Below, piece by piece: positions 63,256-64,000 of a stretch of 64,000 bases of DNA. Below the pieces are notes generated by a model. That model was not told where the DNA came from. It saw only the letters and a list, made by a program, of their open reading frames with translations, and did no database searches. The position numbers and the translations under genes were made by a program. This DNA is from Trichosphaerium sp. ATCC 40318 (taxonomy: Eukaryota > Protista > Tubulinea), in assembly GCA_038496445.1 (NCBI GenBank), contig JALMLS010000353.1, positions 310,001 through 374,000 on the forward strand, read 5' to 3'. Position 1 is the stretch's first letter, and the number at the start of each line of letters is the position of its first letter.

Positions 63256-64000
63256 ATGGGTGCGTGCCATGGAGGTAGAACAGCTAATCACGTGGCTATA
63301 TCGAAAGCTATCTCTAAAGCTAAAAGAGAGCAAGCAAAGACTATAAGGATATTATTACTAGGTTAGTAGTATTTATACTGTATATATCAAGGGAAGATAA
63401 GAGATTATTGCCCGCGATAACGTGTTAAAACAGAATTTAGTATTTTAGGAAAAAAACAAAAAAAACAAGGTTACATGAGTTTATTTTAATGTTTCTTCTC
63501 TTTATTCTTATTTATAATGCTTATATACACTATATTATAGGTGCTGGGGATAGTGGTAAATCTACATTTCTTAAACAGATGAAATGCGCTCATGATAGAC
63601 TATCTCTTGCTGATTATCAGACGTATAGGAGGATTATTAGGTACTCTTTTTTTGTTTAAAGCGATCAATTTTTCTTCAAGAAGAACTACCCAAAAAACGT
63701 TGATGCACCAAAAGTCCGGCCGTATTTTGTACTAATGTGATATGTAAGAGACAATTTAATTGCTGCAGCAAAGGGACTATATATTGGTGCAAGCCGAGAA
63801 GGTATTGATGTAACAAGTGAAACAATAGTACGTAAAATAACAAACGTTTTTAAACGCTTTATTTTTTGAAAACTCAGCGCAGTTCGGGGAGGTACCACCA
63901 ATTGTCACGTGATTTCAAAAAAAAAAACGATCGTGGACAGTTGACTAATTTTATGACGTGGGTTTTTTTGTTCGTTCTTTGCGCACGTGACATAATTATA
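63256..64000 (+). CDS. Heterotrimeric G-protein alpha subunit, truncated by the window end
   Basis: MGAC N-terminus (myristoylation/palmitoylation-type), TIRILLLGAGDSGKSTFLKQMK, YRRIIRDNLI. Confidence 0.93.

Noticed and set aside
1-64000. Alternative genetic code or stop readthrough to explain the fragmented ORFs
   Set aside because: The breaks are explained by short GT/GC-AG introns, and the spliced genes end at ordinary TAA or TGA.
1-64000. tRNA, rRNA or snRNA genes
   Set aside because: None recognised by eye; tRNAscan-SE and Infernal would be needed to exclude them.

Overview
Gene-dense, AT-rich eukaryotic nuclear DNA (roughly 35% GC by eye) with many short spliceosomal introns (mostly 40-60 nt) and the standard genetic code. 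Gene content suggests a free-living protist, probably an amoeba; this is inference. Hand splicing supports about 24 genes: ARL8 GTPase, secreted GH37 trehalase, ATP-type PEPCK, a Zn(II)2Cys6 transcription factor, a PPPDE/DeSI peptidase, a secreted beta-lactamase-family hydrolase, an FGD-like RhoGEF, RRP7, a Cdc123-like ATP-grasp protein ending in CaaX, a PIAS/SIZ SUMO E3, an ankyrin-HECT E3, a class-B bHLH, probable MED8, an SRPBCC protein, a type-I membrane protein, an LMBR1/LIMR protein, a truncated G-alpha, three intronless F-box-like genes, three paralogs of an unrecognised family and two small orphan membrane proteins. Intergenic DNA holds several decayed gene relics. Standout observations: (1) the palindrome CACGTG occurs at least 70 times by hand count versus about 6 expected, in introns, exons and intergenic DNA, and the window also encodes a bHLH predicted to bind it; (2) the SUMO E3 carries about 20 RNA polymerase II CTD-like heptads; (3) a tandem array of hairpins at 4.6-4.75 kb; (4) the orphan three-member family; (5) several GC-AG introns. 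Multi-exon coordinates run from first to last codon from manual splicing and are approximate.
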